A stretch of 64,000 bases of DNA, from positions 236,964,001 through 237,028,000 of the forward strand of contig OZ024740.1 in the NCBI GenBank assembly GCA_964016885.1, in the 5' to 3' direction. The notes under the pieces were generated by a model that was not told where the DNA came from, searched no databases, and saw only the letters and a program-made list of their open reading frames with translations. The DNA is from Eledone cirrhosa. Its lineage: Eukaryota. Below are positions 11,410-24,472 of this stretch, piece by piece. Within the stretch, counting starts at the first letter, position 1, and each line of letters begins with the position of its first letter. The translations under genes and the position numbers were made by a program.

Positions 11410-14400
11410 AGAATTCATTTACAAGTGCAACCACTGTTCATCCATCTCACACCATTATAGAAACTGCTCTGTAAAAAATGGTCCAACTAAGGCAAAGTGC
11501 CACAAATGCAATGGTGCCCACTCTACAATAAACATTATGCAACTGAAAACAACAATACAACAATCACAACAACACTAGAAAACCAATTTCCTAACAACAA
11601 TGTTTCCAATAAAAACCAAAACGACTGAAAACAAAGGGGATTTTAAAAAAGTAGCTCAAATACAAACACTTAAAAAGTCAATAATAATAATAACAATGAA
11701 CCAAATTAATAAATGCAACATCAACCTAAACAAACAAGGTGAACTAATGGAATTGTATTTAAAACCTTTATGACTCAACATTTGATATATTTCTCTTTCA
11801 AGAACCCTTACTAAATGATTTGAACTTGTACAAAAGGGAATACACAGAATTCTCTTTTTTATATCCAATACATGCTATCAAGGAGCACCAATGTGTCTCA
11901 CAGTGATTAGATCAGAATTAATTTCTAAATTAGGCATAATACAAAGGGGTTGCTACTGCATAGATATTGTGTATAGTCATCAGAAAGTTAGACTTCTATT
12001 TAATAAATGTTTATAACCCTTCTCCCCTACAAAAAAAGCAAAGACAATAACAAACATTGAAGATTTCCTAGACAAATCTAATTCAAAAAGCAAACTCTAA
12101 TTTCAGGGGATTTCAATGCACATCATCCATTCTGGAATACTAACATAGGAAAAACAGTATAAAAGGAGAATATCTCAGAGATTATGTATAAATACAAATT
12201 CATTTTACATACAGTACATACTCTCCTATTTACAGATATTTTAATAACAGAATTTTACAATAGATCATTTATCGACTTCTCTCTCAGCCTCTACTTTTGT
12301 AGAAAACTGGAAATTAGGCAATAATATGGATCTAGGTTCAGATCATGCCACCAGAACTTAATATTACAATTCCTTTTTTAACCAACAAAAACACTAACAA
12401 TTGCCAAACTCACCAAATAAAGCCTAAAGTAAGAAAATATCAATTTCACAAGACTGACTGGATTAAGTTTACTAATTATTTAGAACCCTACAACACATTT
12501 TATAATATCCAATCAACTTAAGAACTAAAAACCAGTCTACAAATATTTATCGACAAAATACAAGATACAATCACTGAAAAAGTACATTTGACTTATGTCA
12601 ATCCAAATAAAAATAACAACTACAATAAGGCATGGCAAAGTGAAAAATTAAAACAATTAAGAAAATAAATGACCCAATCATTAGAAAAGTGGAAATACCA
12701 ATCAACAAATTCTAATTATGAAAATTATAAAGGGTTAAAGAAAAAGTCTGATATAACAAGCCAAAAGAGATTTCTTGTCTAGCAAAGCTAATCTGGAGTC
12801 TATGGCCGATATATGGAGCAATGCTTCCCCCCCCCCCCCCCCCACCCCACCACCACCTCCCCAGCAAATCAAGAGCTATTAATATATGATCACAATAGTG
12901 AGATAATCTCAGACACTTCCAAACTTTTATCACTATTTGCAGAATTGTTTTTCAACAGCTTTTCATTTATAGAATCAAATACTAATTACAAAGCTCCTAT
13001 GCCTCTCACTCCAAATGTAGACATTCTTCCTATTTAGTGAACAAGAGCTACTAGCAGCTAACGATGAGATAACAGAGGAAACAGCCACAGGTCTAGAAGG
13101 AATATAAAATTTAATATAAATGAAACATGGTGTGCTGAACTTATTTAATAATATTATTAAATTTCAACATCATCCAGATATATGGAAATTTACCCATACG
13201 TTAGTAATACCTAAACCAAATAAGGACAACTATCACTCTACCAGATCATATCGTCCAATAGTTCTACTAAATAATCTATCTAGAATAGTAGAAAAAATTA
13301 TGGGAAATAGATTATCTTACTTAGTCCTGCCCATGCTAGCATGGAAAATGGAGGTTAAATGATGATGATGATTATGAGGAGAGAGAAAATGAACATTTTC
13401 CCCAAATCTCAGTTTGGATTTTCAGTGAATACTGAGATTTGTGTACATTCATCAGAAATTAAAAACTCATGACAAAAAACCAGTTAGATCTTATTAGACA
13501 TAAGAGGAGCTTGTGATAAAGTGGTCCATGACACTAATTAAAAATTACATCAATTTGAAATTCCCAACTATTTTTGCAACTGGGTTGAAAGCTTTCTTTC
13601 TAATCATAGACAAGCCTGATTCTTGGAAACCAAAAAAAAAGCAAAATTATTTACCTTCTAAAGGGCCTGTTTACATCTCTAAATAAAATTGTGGAAGTAC
13701 TAGCTTTGCATATGATATTAACTTATATACTTTATCTCGTATCATAAACATCATCATCATTTTATGTTCGCTTTTCCCTGCTTGCAAGGGTGGGACGGGT
13801 CTTATTCAGCACAGCATCTCTCCACTTGTCACGGTCCTTCGTCATCTCCACCGTGAGCTTCAGTGATCTGAGGTCTGATCTCACCACCTCCGCCCATGTT
13901 TTTTGTGGTCTACCTCTATCACGTCTTCCTTCAACTGGCATTTCCTGGCACTTTTTCACCCATCGGTCATCCTCCATGCACATCACATGTCCATACAACC
14001 ACAGTCTCCTCTCTCGCACACTACAGATCCAAATTATGCTCAACCCTATCAACTAAATGGGAAAAAGAAAAATGGTCAACAATTTGATCCTTGAAAACAT
14101 AATTGATTTACTTCCATAATCCTGAACCTATCAATTATCAATGTGATGAAATATACTTAATGAATCAACTATTGATACCACAAAAATCCATCAAGATCCT
14201 TGGTATTTGGTTACAATCTGATTTGAAATAGGGAAACTCATCTCAAGCATTCACTGAAAAAAATGACCTCAACATGGCAGGTAGTTAAAATTATTTCAAA
14301 GAAATTTCACTGCCTAACATACAACCACTTGAGATTGTATAAAATAAAGGAGTCATCAACACTCAATTGTTCTATGGTGGCTGGGTTTGTGGGGGCACAC

Positions 14401-15418
14401 AAGTACTAGCTATCTTCAAACTATTGATAGATTCCATACCCAAATTGGCAAAACTAAGATCTTCTCCCAAGAAAGCTATTTTCCATGTAACAGGGTTAAC
14501 CTCCTACTCACTTGTTGATAGGAGAGTCTAGGAAATGTAAACTGCTAACTGCTCAGTTTAAATGCAAAAGAAAACAGCATAGTAGTTGGCTTCCTCCATG
14601 AGTAGAACAATTAAAATTGTTTAAAATAACAATTAAAAATGAGGAAGCAAAATAATTCCATAACATTATGACACAGTCAATCAGTTTTAGTAACTGGGTC
14701 ATACACACAGATGAGGCACACTCAAACAAGGGAGTTGGATGTGGAGCTACTTGGTCTTTTGAAAATAATAATAGATATAAGCTTCGGATTACATTATGAT
14801 TTCACAATATTTGATGCAAACTTTAGGAAGAATCTGGAGATAAGCTCTCAGATTTCAATCCTCCACATTCACTACCAAATCTGACAACATTTAAAGCATA
14901 TCAGACTCTGAGCAATGTTAATAAAAAAAAAAGACTATGCTTGCTTCAAACTGGACATATATCATTGAATTACATTTTATCATGAACTGGTCATAGAGAA
15001 TCACCTCTATGTTCTTGTGGTGACTTCCCAGAACCTCTTTGGCACTAATTGTTCCAATGTAAAATCTATCAGTCTGGTGGAGAGAGGAAATCTTGAAGAC
15101 AATCCTTAAAAAAGTACTAAGATTGAAGATACAATAGATTGTAAAATATCTACCAACTATAAACAAAATCTTTGAGTATATGGAGGTTACAAAAAGATTC
15201 AACAGAACCTAGCTGCTTTACAGCATCCCTTGCTTTCCATTTTTTCTTTATCTTTTTTATACTTATTTCACCTTTTGTTGGCCTTCCTTATTTAATTTTT
15301 TTATTTTATATTTTTATATTCACTTATGACTCTATATCTTGTTTTTTTTTATTCTCAACTGTAAGAAGTAGTCTATCATGGCTTAAATTGATTAAATCCA
15401 ATAAATAAATAAATAAAT
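11410..15418 (+). mobile_element. Degenerate I-group LINE (ORF1 CCHC knuckles, APE, RT, RNase H)
   Basis: CNHCSSISHHYRNC and CHKCNGAH knuckles (about 11425-11522); GDFNAHHPFW and GSDHA (APE); SYRPIVLLNNLSRIVEKIM (RT); HTDEAHSNKGVGCG (RNase H-like, about 14705); ends in (aaat)n at about 15400-15418. Confidence 0.75.
13750..14050 (-). mobile_element. RTE LINE 3' fragment (short-tail subfamily) nested in the I-group LINE
   Basis: ORF 13762-14052 RERRLWLYGHVMCMEDDRWVKKC...GRPQKTW is nearly identical to the end of 47040-47648; (ATG)n tail. Confidence 0.9.
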
Positions 15419-16569
15419 CAAGGAGGAAATACTTTCCCCAGATGCATTCAGATACATTGATATATTTAGTGATAAATAATAATGAGAATACAATTAGCTT
15501 TTAGCTCAGAATTAATATATGAATCACTATCACGAACTGATATTCACTTGATTGATAAGAAATGCTGGTGTAGGTCTAAAGTCAAACATTAGTCCAGCAA
15601 AATTATACCGATTTCTGGTGATCTCTTATAACATTGCCAAAGCTGCTTCTTAAAGACTAGACTTATTCTTTCTAAGGAGTCAGGAAATACTCTGTTCCTC
15701 CACAAAGCTCAAGTAAAACTCACGTTGGGTTACACCTAACAACTATAGAATGCTGCAGTAATTTGACTATTTAACAAATATTCAATCACCAATGCATTAC
15801 AACTATTGATTTATAGATGTGCTGTTTCTTCTTCATATCCCTTCTGCTACAAAGACTTCTGCTCTTCTGAACTAATAAGCTGCTTACCTCTCCATTACAG
15901 ACTACCTGTTTCTCTTCCTCTCACCACTCCTATTTTATCATACTTTCCACATCCTGCACTAAATCACTGTTTTCCTACAAACTTCAATCTATAGATGTTT
16001 ATATTATACATATACTACATCAATTTGCCCTAACTTCAAAGGTCAATTCCACCTTTGATTATCTTCTAAGAAAAGGGAGGGATATTAAATGCAAATCTTA
16101 AACATTAACTGGACACGTTAAAAAAAATATTTATTGCAAAAACCATGAAAACTACTGTTCCACCTTTGAATAATTTATATAAAAACGTCTTCAAATGTAC
16201 ATTCATGCATTATGACAGATTTATTTTAACTGAACACCTCAATACATTTTTCATCATAGTTTTACTCAACAATTTTAGTTTAATATTGTAGTATAATAGA
16301 TTTTATGATTTACTATAAACATTATTATAATTAGAACTGAATTATACTGAATCAAAGTTATAAAACATATTACAGGTGTAATAATAATTTTTCATAACTT
16401 GATACTCTAGAAGCTGCTGTATTAAAAAAAATAAATGTGTAGTCTTGAATGTTATCTTCTTCCCAGGTGTACAGTCATTTAAATTACTAACATGCCTTTA
16501 CAGATTAAGAAGAACATATTGAATTTTAAAAAATCATGAAGCAAATTAGAAAGAAGTAATTAGAAGGGC

Positions 16570-16571
<2 letters not shown>

Positions 16572-16620
<49 letters not shown>
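16572..16620. repeat. (GA)n microsatellite
   Basis: Direct reading. Confidence 0.95.
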
Positions 16621-16624
<4 letters not shown>

Positions 16625-16959
16625 GATAATGTCTTTATAGATCTGCTACTATTTATCAAATATTTCCAACAAGTATAGTGTTAGTATGGAGAAATGCTTA
16701 AGTAAATATTATCGTTTTTGCATGTTCTTTTTTCTCATGCTGACATGGATTGAATGGGACATTTTGAAGCAATTTTTTGATGCCTAAGTGCCCTTCCAAA
16801 TGCCAACCCATACTTTATTTATGGATAAGATGTATAACAACAGTCACCTTTATCAAACCACTATGCTGTGGGATGTATTGTTTTTATGGGACACAAATGC
16901 CACCAGTTGCTTTAAACATTGATTATGAGACACTCATGGTAAATTCATACATACAAACA

Positions 16960-17100
16960 CAGGTTTATTTGCAGTTTCTGTCTACCAAATTCACTCACAA
17001 AGCTATAGTAGAAGACACTTGCCAAAGATGCCATGCAGTAGGATAGAGCCTCAAATCCCACAGTTGCAAAGCAGACTTATTAACCATGCAGTCATGCCTA
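16960..17100 (-). mobile_element. Degenerate tRNA/CORE-like SINE (related pieces near 34490-34610, 57905-58035 and 59200-59265)
   Basis: Shared motif aaattcactcacaaag...ctatagtagaagacacttg...aaccatgcagtcatgcct. Confidence 0.5.
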
Positions 17101-18271
17101 TCAGTTTAAATTTGATTATTCAGGAATATCAAAGCAAATTATATTGTGCCTATTTTGATGTGAAGGAACATACATTTGCCAAATATCCATATCAGTTATG
17201 GTAGAGTTAGTGTTAATTTACCTTAATTATTTTGAATTTGTTCAGCAAAACTTCTGTTAATCCTTGCAATCATCTTTCTGTCAAATAAATCAATTCTTTT
17301 GAAATATTGGAAGTGATTGAAATTGAATTTTTAATAATTCATATTTGAAATTCCTACCCTTTTTCTGTCTTGAAGGAGCAATTTGAAATATCAAATTGGG
17401 GAGAGAATGAATTTGTTTGATTCTTATAAAGTTGAATAAATTACTAGCTGCTGTCTGATGAATATTTATCATTCTGATCAGTCAAAAATTGATTTAACAT
17501 CTTCAAAGCAGCCTCGAAATTTAAATTATCTACAAGAAATCATGTTAAGAACTCCTTGCTACTACCTCAAGATTTGAAACAATTTAATGCCTTAATAATG
17601 GGATTACCCGATGCTCTAAGTTGAAACTATACTATTAATGATTTTTTTTTTTTTTAATACAAGACAAATAGCTGCTGCCAAAATATATGATCTTTGGCAA
17701 TTGAAAACAAAACCTCTATCAATACCTCTTTCAGTTGTACAAATAGATACAATTATTTGTACAAAGTAGGTTTCCAACTTGTTAATCTAGAAATATCTTA
17801 TAAATCATTGCCAATTTTCAGACAATGTATTGTTTTCTTTTAGTAAAGCACTAAAGCTGATGTTCACAGCGGCAATGTATATAGTCGGGTGAATTAAGCT
17901 CAAAGTACTATTTAGATTTATATCATTGACTCGGGAAGGATGAAAGACAAAGTGAATTTAAAATAAAAAATGTAGAGAAATGAAATGAATTGCTGTTTTG
18001 ATAAGGCACTCTGCCATTTCTGATTGTTCTGATCTTAAACAGTGCATACCTACAAAAAAAACAGTCAACAAATATAAATGATAAATCTAATGCAAGGGTT
18101 TTAGATAGTGGTAAATGATAGTTGAATTAAGAAGTGATTTAGGTATGCCCAATACCTGGGTATTTAGCATCCTCTGCTTCATCCTGGTTATGCACCCCAT
18201 TTTTCCAAATAAAATAATTTCAACTGTCAGTTGGGCAAACTGGTGAACACAGTTTTTGACACTTTTCGCTG

Positions 18272-18396
18272 TATATATATATAAAAATATATGCAAGTGT
18301 ATATATATAAAAATTTGCAAGTGTATATATATATATATATATATATGCAAGTGTATATATAAATATATGCAAGTGTATATATATATAATATATATT
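18272..18396. repeat. (TA)n minisatellite with gcaagtg interruptions
   Basis: Unit of about atatgcaagtgtatatatataa; the same unit recurs at 26140-26250 and 26600-26780. Confidence 0.9.
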
Positions 18397-18397
18397 G

Positions 18398-18706
18398 GGC
18401 TTGCAATCAAAAGGTTGTGAGTTCAATTCTCAGACCGGGTGATGTGTTGTTTCCTTGAGCAAGACACTTTATTTCACATTGCTCCAGTTTACTCAGCTGT
18501 AGAAATGAGATGATAGGGACTGGAGTCCATATCATTCCACTACAAAGTGGTCATGGAGGTGCCACGGCAAAACAGCACCCAGCACTCACTGTAAATGAGG
18601 TTGGTGTTAGGAAGAGCATCCAGCTGTAGAAATCAAGCCAGAATCAGTTCCCGTCCCTCCCTTGCAAGCAGGGAAAAAGTGGACGTAAAATGAAATGATG
18701 ATGATG
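18398..18706 (+). mobile_element. CORE-type SINE with RTE-derived tail (5'-truncated)
   Basis: Near-identical to 26251-26591; ends aaatgatgatgatg inside (TA)n. Confidence 0.9.
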
Positions 18707-18831
18707 ATATATATAAATATATATATATAAATATATATATAAATATAAATATATATATATATAAATATATATAAATATATATATATAAATATATAAATAA
18801 ATATATATAAATATATAAATAAATATATATA

Positions 18832-20453
18832 TCATCATCATCATCATCAACGTTTAACGTCCGTGTTCCACGCTTGCATGGGTTTGGACGGGGGTAGTCC
18901 CATTTGAGGCAAGAGTGATTATCTTGCTCGCATAGGACTGTCTGGCAGGTTTTCTACAGTTGGATGCCCTTCCTAACACCAACCACATTTACAGTGTGGG
19001 TCTGGGAGGTTTTTACCGTGTTGCCTACACGGCCACATTACAGCGTGGACTGTGTGTCTTTTTGTCGTGACACCTACACGATCTCATTTGTTTCGGCCTC
19101 GATGGCGCGGCACCAACATAACTTTACATAGAACGGGGTGGTGTGGATGGGGTGGGGGTGGGGGTGGTGGGACGGGGTGTATTTTGTTAGAGATGCCTAC
19201 TGGCTGGAGTAGGTTTTACTATATATTTAGGTAAGGCGGGTCTTCTCTGTTACTGAGTACCGCCAAAGGTCTCGGTCCAGTGACATTGTCTTGGAGAGGT
19301 GTAAGTGTGTGATGTCGGAGTTTATCAGCTCGTCCCAGGTTTTTCTAGGTCTGCCTATTCCGTGACTACCGTCTATCTTTATTGCCCTGCACTTTGTTAT
19401 ACAGCTATCGACTTTCATGCGCATCACGTGTCCATACCAACGTAGCCTTCTCTCGAGTAAACAACATCTGATCCCTCTTATCTCTAATTTTTTCCTTAGT
19501 TCGTTTATGCTTTGCCGTTCACGTATATTACTGTTACACATCCAGCGGAGCATGCAAGCTTCGTTCCTCTCTAGTCTGCGTATATCCTCTGCACACAATG
19601 CCCAGGTCTCACTGCCATGCAGCATTGCTGTTCGTATGCAGGCATCGTACAACCTGCCTTTCATTTTTAGTGAGAACCCTTTAGCAGCTAATAGTGGTAT
19701 AAGCTCTCTGAACTTTTTCCAACCAGTTCTGACTCTAGCTACAGTACTTTCAGAGCACCCTCCCCCACTGCTGATTTTATCGCCCAGGTAACGGAAGCTG
19801 TCCACTATTTCTATAGAACCCTCTGCGCAATTGAAAGAGCTAGTAGTTTGTGGGCACTTGCTGCTACTTATTGCACCAGAGCACCGGCCACATGTAAAAT
19901 CTATGTTCTTAGTTAGCTTACCTGTGATCCCACTACATCTTTTATGCACCCATACTTTGCATTTAGGACATAAAATGGAGTTTCTACCTACGCCTTTCCT
20001 ACACACCGAGCACGACCATTTCCCAGAAGGGACCGCCGCCTTGTTTTCTTTCCTACAAACTAGTACTTTGGTCTTAGCCAGGTTAATTTTAAGTCCTTTT
20101 GACTCTAGGCCGTGCTTCCATGTTTGGAATTTCTTCTCTAGCTCGGCCATTGATTCCGCTATGAGTGTCAGGTCGTCTGCGTATAGGAGTTCCCATGGGC
20201 AGCCTGTCTTGAACTCCTCTGTTATAGCCTGAAGGGCAATAATAAATAGTAGTGGGCTGAGAACAGAGCCCTGATGGACGCCAACTTTTACGCTAAACTC
20301 TTCACTATATTCGTTGTTAATTCTAACCTTGCTGACTGTTTCTTTATACATGGCTTGTATAGCCCTCACAAGCCATTCGTCAACGCCTAGTTTTCTAAGA
20401 GCCCACCAGATAATGGAGCGGGGGACTCTGTCGAAGGCTTTCTCCAAGTCGTT
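18832..20453 (-). mobile_element. 5'-truncated RTE-clade LINE (long 3'UTR subfamily), copy A
   Basis: Open frame 19227-20447 followed by a 3'UTR of about 390 nt and an (ATG)n tail; flanked by (TA)n. Confidence 0.95.
19227..20447 (-). CDS. RTE ORF C-terminal part: RT ([24 protein letters not shown]), PHD-type zinc finger and C-terminal domain; truncated TE copy
   Basis: 406 codons without a stop; no upstream endonuclease domain, so it is not autonomous. Confidence 0.85.
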   Translation of the reverse strand: MEKAFDRVPRSIIWWALRKLGVDEWLVRAIQAMYKETVSKVRINNEYSEEFSVKVGVHQGSVLSPLLFIIALQAITEEFKTGCPWELLYADDLTLIAESMAELEKKFQTWKHGLESKGLKINLAKTKVLVCRKENKAAVPSGKWSCSVCRKGVGRNSILCPKCKVWVHKRCSGITGKLTKNIDFTCGRCSGAISSSKCPQTTSSFNCAEGSIEIVDSFRYLGDKISSGGGCSESTVARVRTGWKKFRELIPLLAAKGFSLKMKGRLYDACIRTAMLHGSETWALCAEDIRRLERNEACMLRWMCNSNIRERQSINELRKKLEIRGIRCCLLERRLRWYGHVMRMKVDSCITKCRAIKIDGSHGIGRPRKTWDELINSDITHLHLSKTMSLDRDLWRYSVTEKTRLT

Positions 20454-20742
20454 ATAAATATATAAATAAATATATATATATAAATATATATATAAATATA
20501 TATATATAAATATATATATATAAATATATATATATAAATATATATATATAAATATATATATATAAATATATATATATAAATATATATATATAAATATATA
20601 TATATAAATATATATATATAAATATATATATATAAATATATATATAAATATATATATATAAATATATATATATAAATATATATATATAAATATATATATA
20701 TAAATATATATATAAATATATATATATAAATATATATATATA

Positions 20743-20788
<46 letters not shown>

Positions 20789-20807
20789 TATATATAAAAA
20801 TATATAT

Positions 20808-20906
<99 letters not shown>

Positions 20907-20974
20907 TATACATATAAAAAAAATATATATATATATATAAAAATATATATATATAAAAATATATATATATATAT

Positions 20975-21006
<32 letters not shown>

Positions 21007-21303
21007 ATACATAAAAAAATATATATATATATATAAATATATATATATAAAAATATATATATAAAAATATATATATAAAAATATATATATAAAAATATAT
21101 ATATAAAAATATAAATATATATATATACATATAAAAAAAATATATATATATATAAAAATATATATATATTTAAAAATATATATATATATATATATATAAA
21201 TATATATAAAAATATATATATATATTAAAAATATATATATATATTAAAAATATATATATATATATATATGTATATAAATAAATATATATACAAAAAAATA
21301 TAT
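20454..21303. repeat. (TA)n-derived array with periodic aa interruptions
   Basis: Direct reading; source of the spurious YI-repeat ORFs. Confidence 0.95.
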
Positions 21304-21616
21304 ACTGAGTAGAGCAGGACATGATATTCCTACACTTATTTAACTCGAAACATATTTGGATCTTAAAGTTTAAACTTATCTACGGAACAGGTTTGATTTT
21401 GAAATTTAAATGTGTCTAAACATCACGGCCTCTTGGCAATACAGTTCGTCTTCGTTGATTTATTATTTTAAATCGATATGGACAAACTGTAGTATAATAA
21501 TTAGTATACTTCAATCTGGCTAAATTTTTCTTTTGCAATATATATACAGATGTGTTGGTATCTGTGTTTCATCACATACATATTAATTTATATTTATTTA
21601 TATATATATCTATATA

Positions 21617-21655
<39 letters not shown>

Positions 21656-21672
21656 ATAAAAATATATATATT

Positions 21673-21704
<32 letters not shown>

Positions 21705-21723
21705 TATATATATATATAAAAAT

Positions 21724-23746
21724 TATCATCATCATCATCATCGTTTAACGTCCATATTCCACGCTTGCATGGGTTTGGACTTGAGGCAAGAGTGGTTGTC
21801 TTGCTCGCATAGGACTGTCTGGCGGATTTTCTACGGCTGGATGCCTTTCCTAACACCAACCACATTTACAGTGTGGGACTGGGAGGTTTTTACCATGTTA
21901 CCTACACGGCCACATTACAGCGGGGACTGTGTGTTTTTTTTGTTGTGACACCTACACGACCTCATTTGTTTCGGACTGGATGTTGTGGTACCAACATAAC
22001 TTTACATTGAAAGGGGGTGGTGTGGATGGGGTGGGGGTAGTGGGACGGGGGTGTATTTTTGTTAGAGGTGCCTACTGACTGTAGTAGGTTTCACTTTGTA
22101 CTTAGGTAAGGCGGGTCTTCTGTATTACTGTGTAGCGCCAAAGATCTTGGTCCAGTGACATTGTCTTGGAGAGGTGTAGGTGTGTGAGGTCGGACTTTAT
22201 CAAGTCGTCCCAGGTTTTTCTGGGTCTGCCTACTCCGTGACTACCGTTTATTTTTATTGCCCTGCACTTTTTTATACAGCTGTCGTCTTTCATGCGCATC
22301 ACGTGACTATACCAATGTAGTCTTCTCTCAAGTAAACAACATCTGATCCCTCTTATTTCTAATTTTTCCCTTAGTTCGTTTATGCTTTGCTGTTCACGTA
22401 TATTACTATTACACATCCAGTGGTGCATGCATGCTTCGTTCCTCTTCAGTCTGCGTATATCCTCTGCACACAATGCCCAGGTCTCACTGCCATGTAACAT
22501 TGCTGTTCATATGCAGGCATCATACAGCCTGCCTTTCATTTTTAGAGAGAACCCTTTAGCGGCTAATAGTGGTATAAGCTCTCTGAACTTTTTCCATCCA
22601 GTTCTGACTCTAGCTACTGTATTTTCAGAGCACCCTCCCCCACTGCTGATTTTGTCACCCAAGTAACGGAAGGTGTCCACTATTTCTATAGAACCATCTG
22701 TGCAATGGAATGAGCTAGTATTCTGTGGGCACTTGCCGCTACTTATTGCACCAGAGCACCGGCCACATATAAAATCTATAATCTTAGTTAGCTTACCTGT
22801 GATCCCACTACATCTTTTATGCACCCATACTTTGCATTTGGGACATAAAATGGAGTTTCTGCCTACTCCTTTCCTACACACTGAGCATGGCCATTTCCCG
22901 GATGGGACCGGTGCCCTATTTTCCTTCCTACAAACTAGACAGGTTAATTTTAAGGCCTTTTGATTCTAGGCCATGCTTCCATGTTTGGAATTTCTTCTCT
23001 AGTTCAGCCATTTATTCAGCTATGAGCGTTAGATCATCTGCATATAGGAGTTCCCATGGGCAGCCGGTCTTGAACTCATCTGTTATAGCCTGAAGGGAAA
23101 TAATAAATAGTAGGGGGCTAAGAACAGAGCCCTGATGAACACCAACTTTTATGCTAAACTCTTCATTATATTCGTTGTTAATTCTAACCTTGCTGACTGT
23201 TTCTTTATACATGGCTTGTATAGCTCTCAAAAGCCATTTATAAACATCTAGTTTTCTAAGAGCCCACCAGATAATGGAACGGGGGACTCTGTCAAAGGCT
23301 TCCTCCAAGTCGACAAAAGCTAAGTATAGGGGTTTACTTTTAGCTAGGTACTTCTCCTGTAGTTGTCGTACAATGAAAAGAGCGTCTGTGGTAATTTTCC
23401 CTGACACAAACCCGAACTGCATTTCATCTAGATCAATTCGCTCTCTGATTAGTTGCGCTATTACTTTTTCTGTGACCTTCATGACCTGGTCAATCAATTT
23501 AATGCCTCTATAGTTACCCCTATCTAGGGCATCACCTTTACCCTTGTAGCAGTTAATGATGAAGCTGCTAAGCCAGTCCTTCGGAACAACCCCATTCTGT
23601 ATGACTTGGTTTACTATCCGGGTGACCATAGTGTGTCCCACCGTTCCAGAAGCTTTCAGCATTTCAGCAACTATTTCCGAAGGCCCAGCCGCCTTACCCG
23701 TCTTCATATCTTTGATTGCCTTACTTATTATACTACCTTCAACTAA
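21724..23746 (-). mobile_element. 5'-truncated RTE-clade LINE (long 3'UTR subfamily), copy B, with stops and frameshifts
   Basis: ORFs 23012-23749, 22507-22881 and 22102-22500 are closely similar to copy A; (ATG)n tail at about 21725; flanked by (TA)n. Confidence 0.95.
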
Positions 23747-23754
23747 CACTGAAA

Positions 23755-23958
23755 TATATATCTATGAAAATATATATATATAAAAATATACATATATAAA
23801 AATATATATATATAAAAATATATATATATAAAAATATATATATATATAAAAATATATATATATAAAAATATATATATATATAAAAATATATATATATAAA
23901 AATATATATATAAAAATATATATATATATATATACATATATAAAAATATATATATATA

Positions 23959-23989
<31 letters not shown>

Positions 23990-24403
23990 TTGTTATATAT
24001 ATATATATATATATTGTTATATATATATATATATATTGTTATATATATATATATATTGTTATATATATATATATATTGTTATATATATATATATATATTG
24101 TTATATATATATATATATTGTTATATATATATATATATTGTTATATATATATATATATTGTTATATATATATATATATATATTGTTATATATATATATAT
24201 ATATATTGTTATATATATATATATATATATATTTTTATATATATATATATATATATTTTTATATATATATATATATATATTTTTATATATATATATATAT
24301 ATTTTTATATATATACATATATATATATTTATATATATATATATATATATTTTTATATATATATATATATATACATATTTATATATATATATATATATAT
24401 ACA

Positions 24404-24468
<65 letters not shown>
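23755..24468. repeat. Compound (TA)n array including (ta)n-ttgt units
   Basis: Direct reading. Confidence 0.95.

Positions 24469-24472
<4 letters not shown>

Noticed and set aside
17454-17490. Other CUGANGA hits (17456, 27583, 36974, 52417 and several inside LINE ORFs)
   Set aside because: No downstream stem II-GAAA-UH arrangement.
21440-21491. Pre-miRNA candidate
   Set aside because: Short loop and no basal stem; kept only as a hairpin observation.
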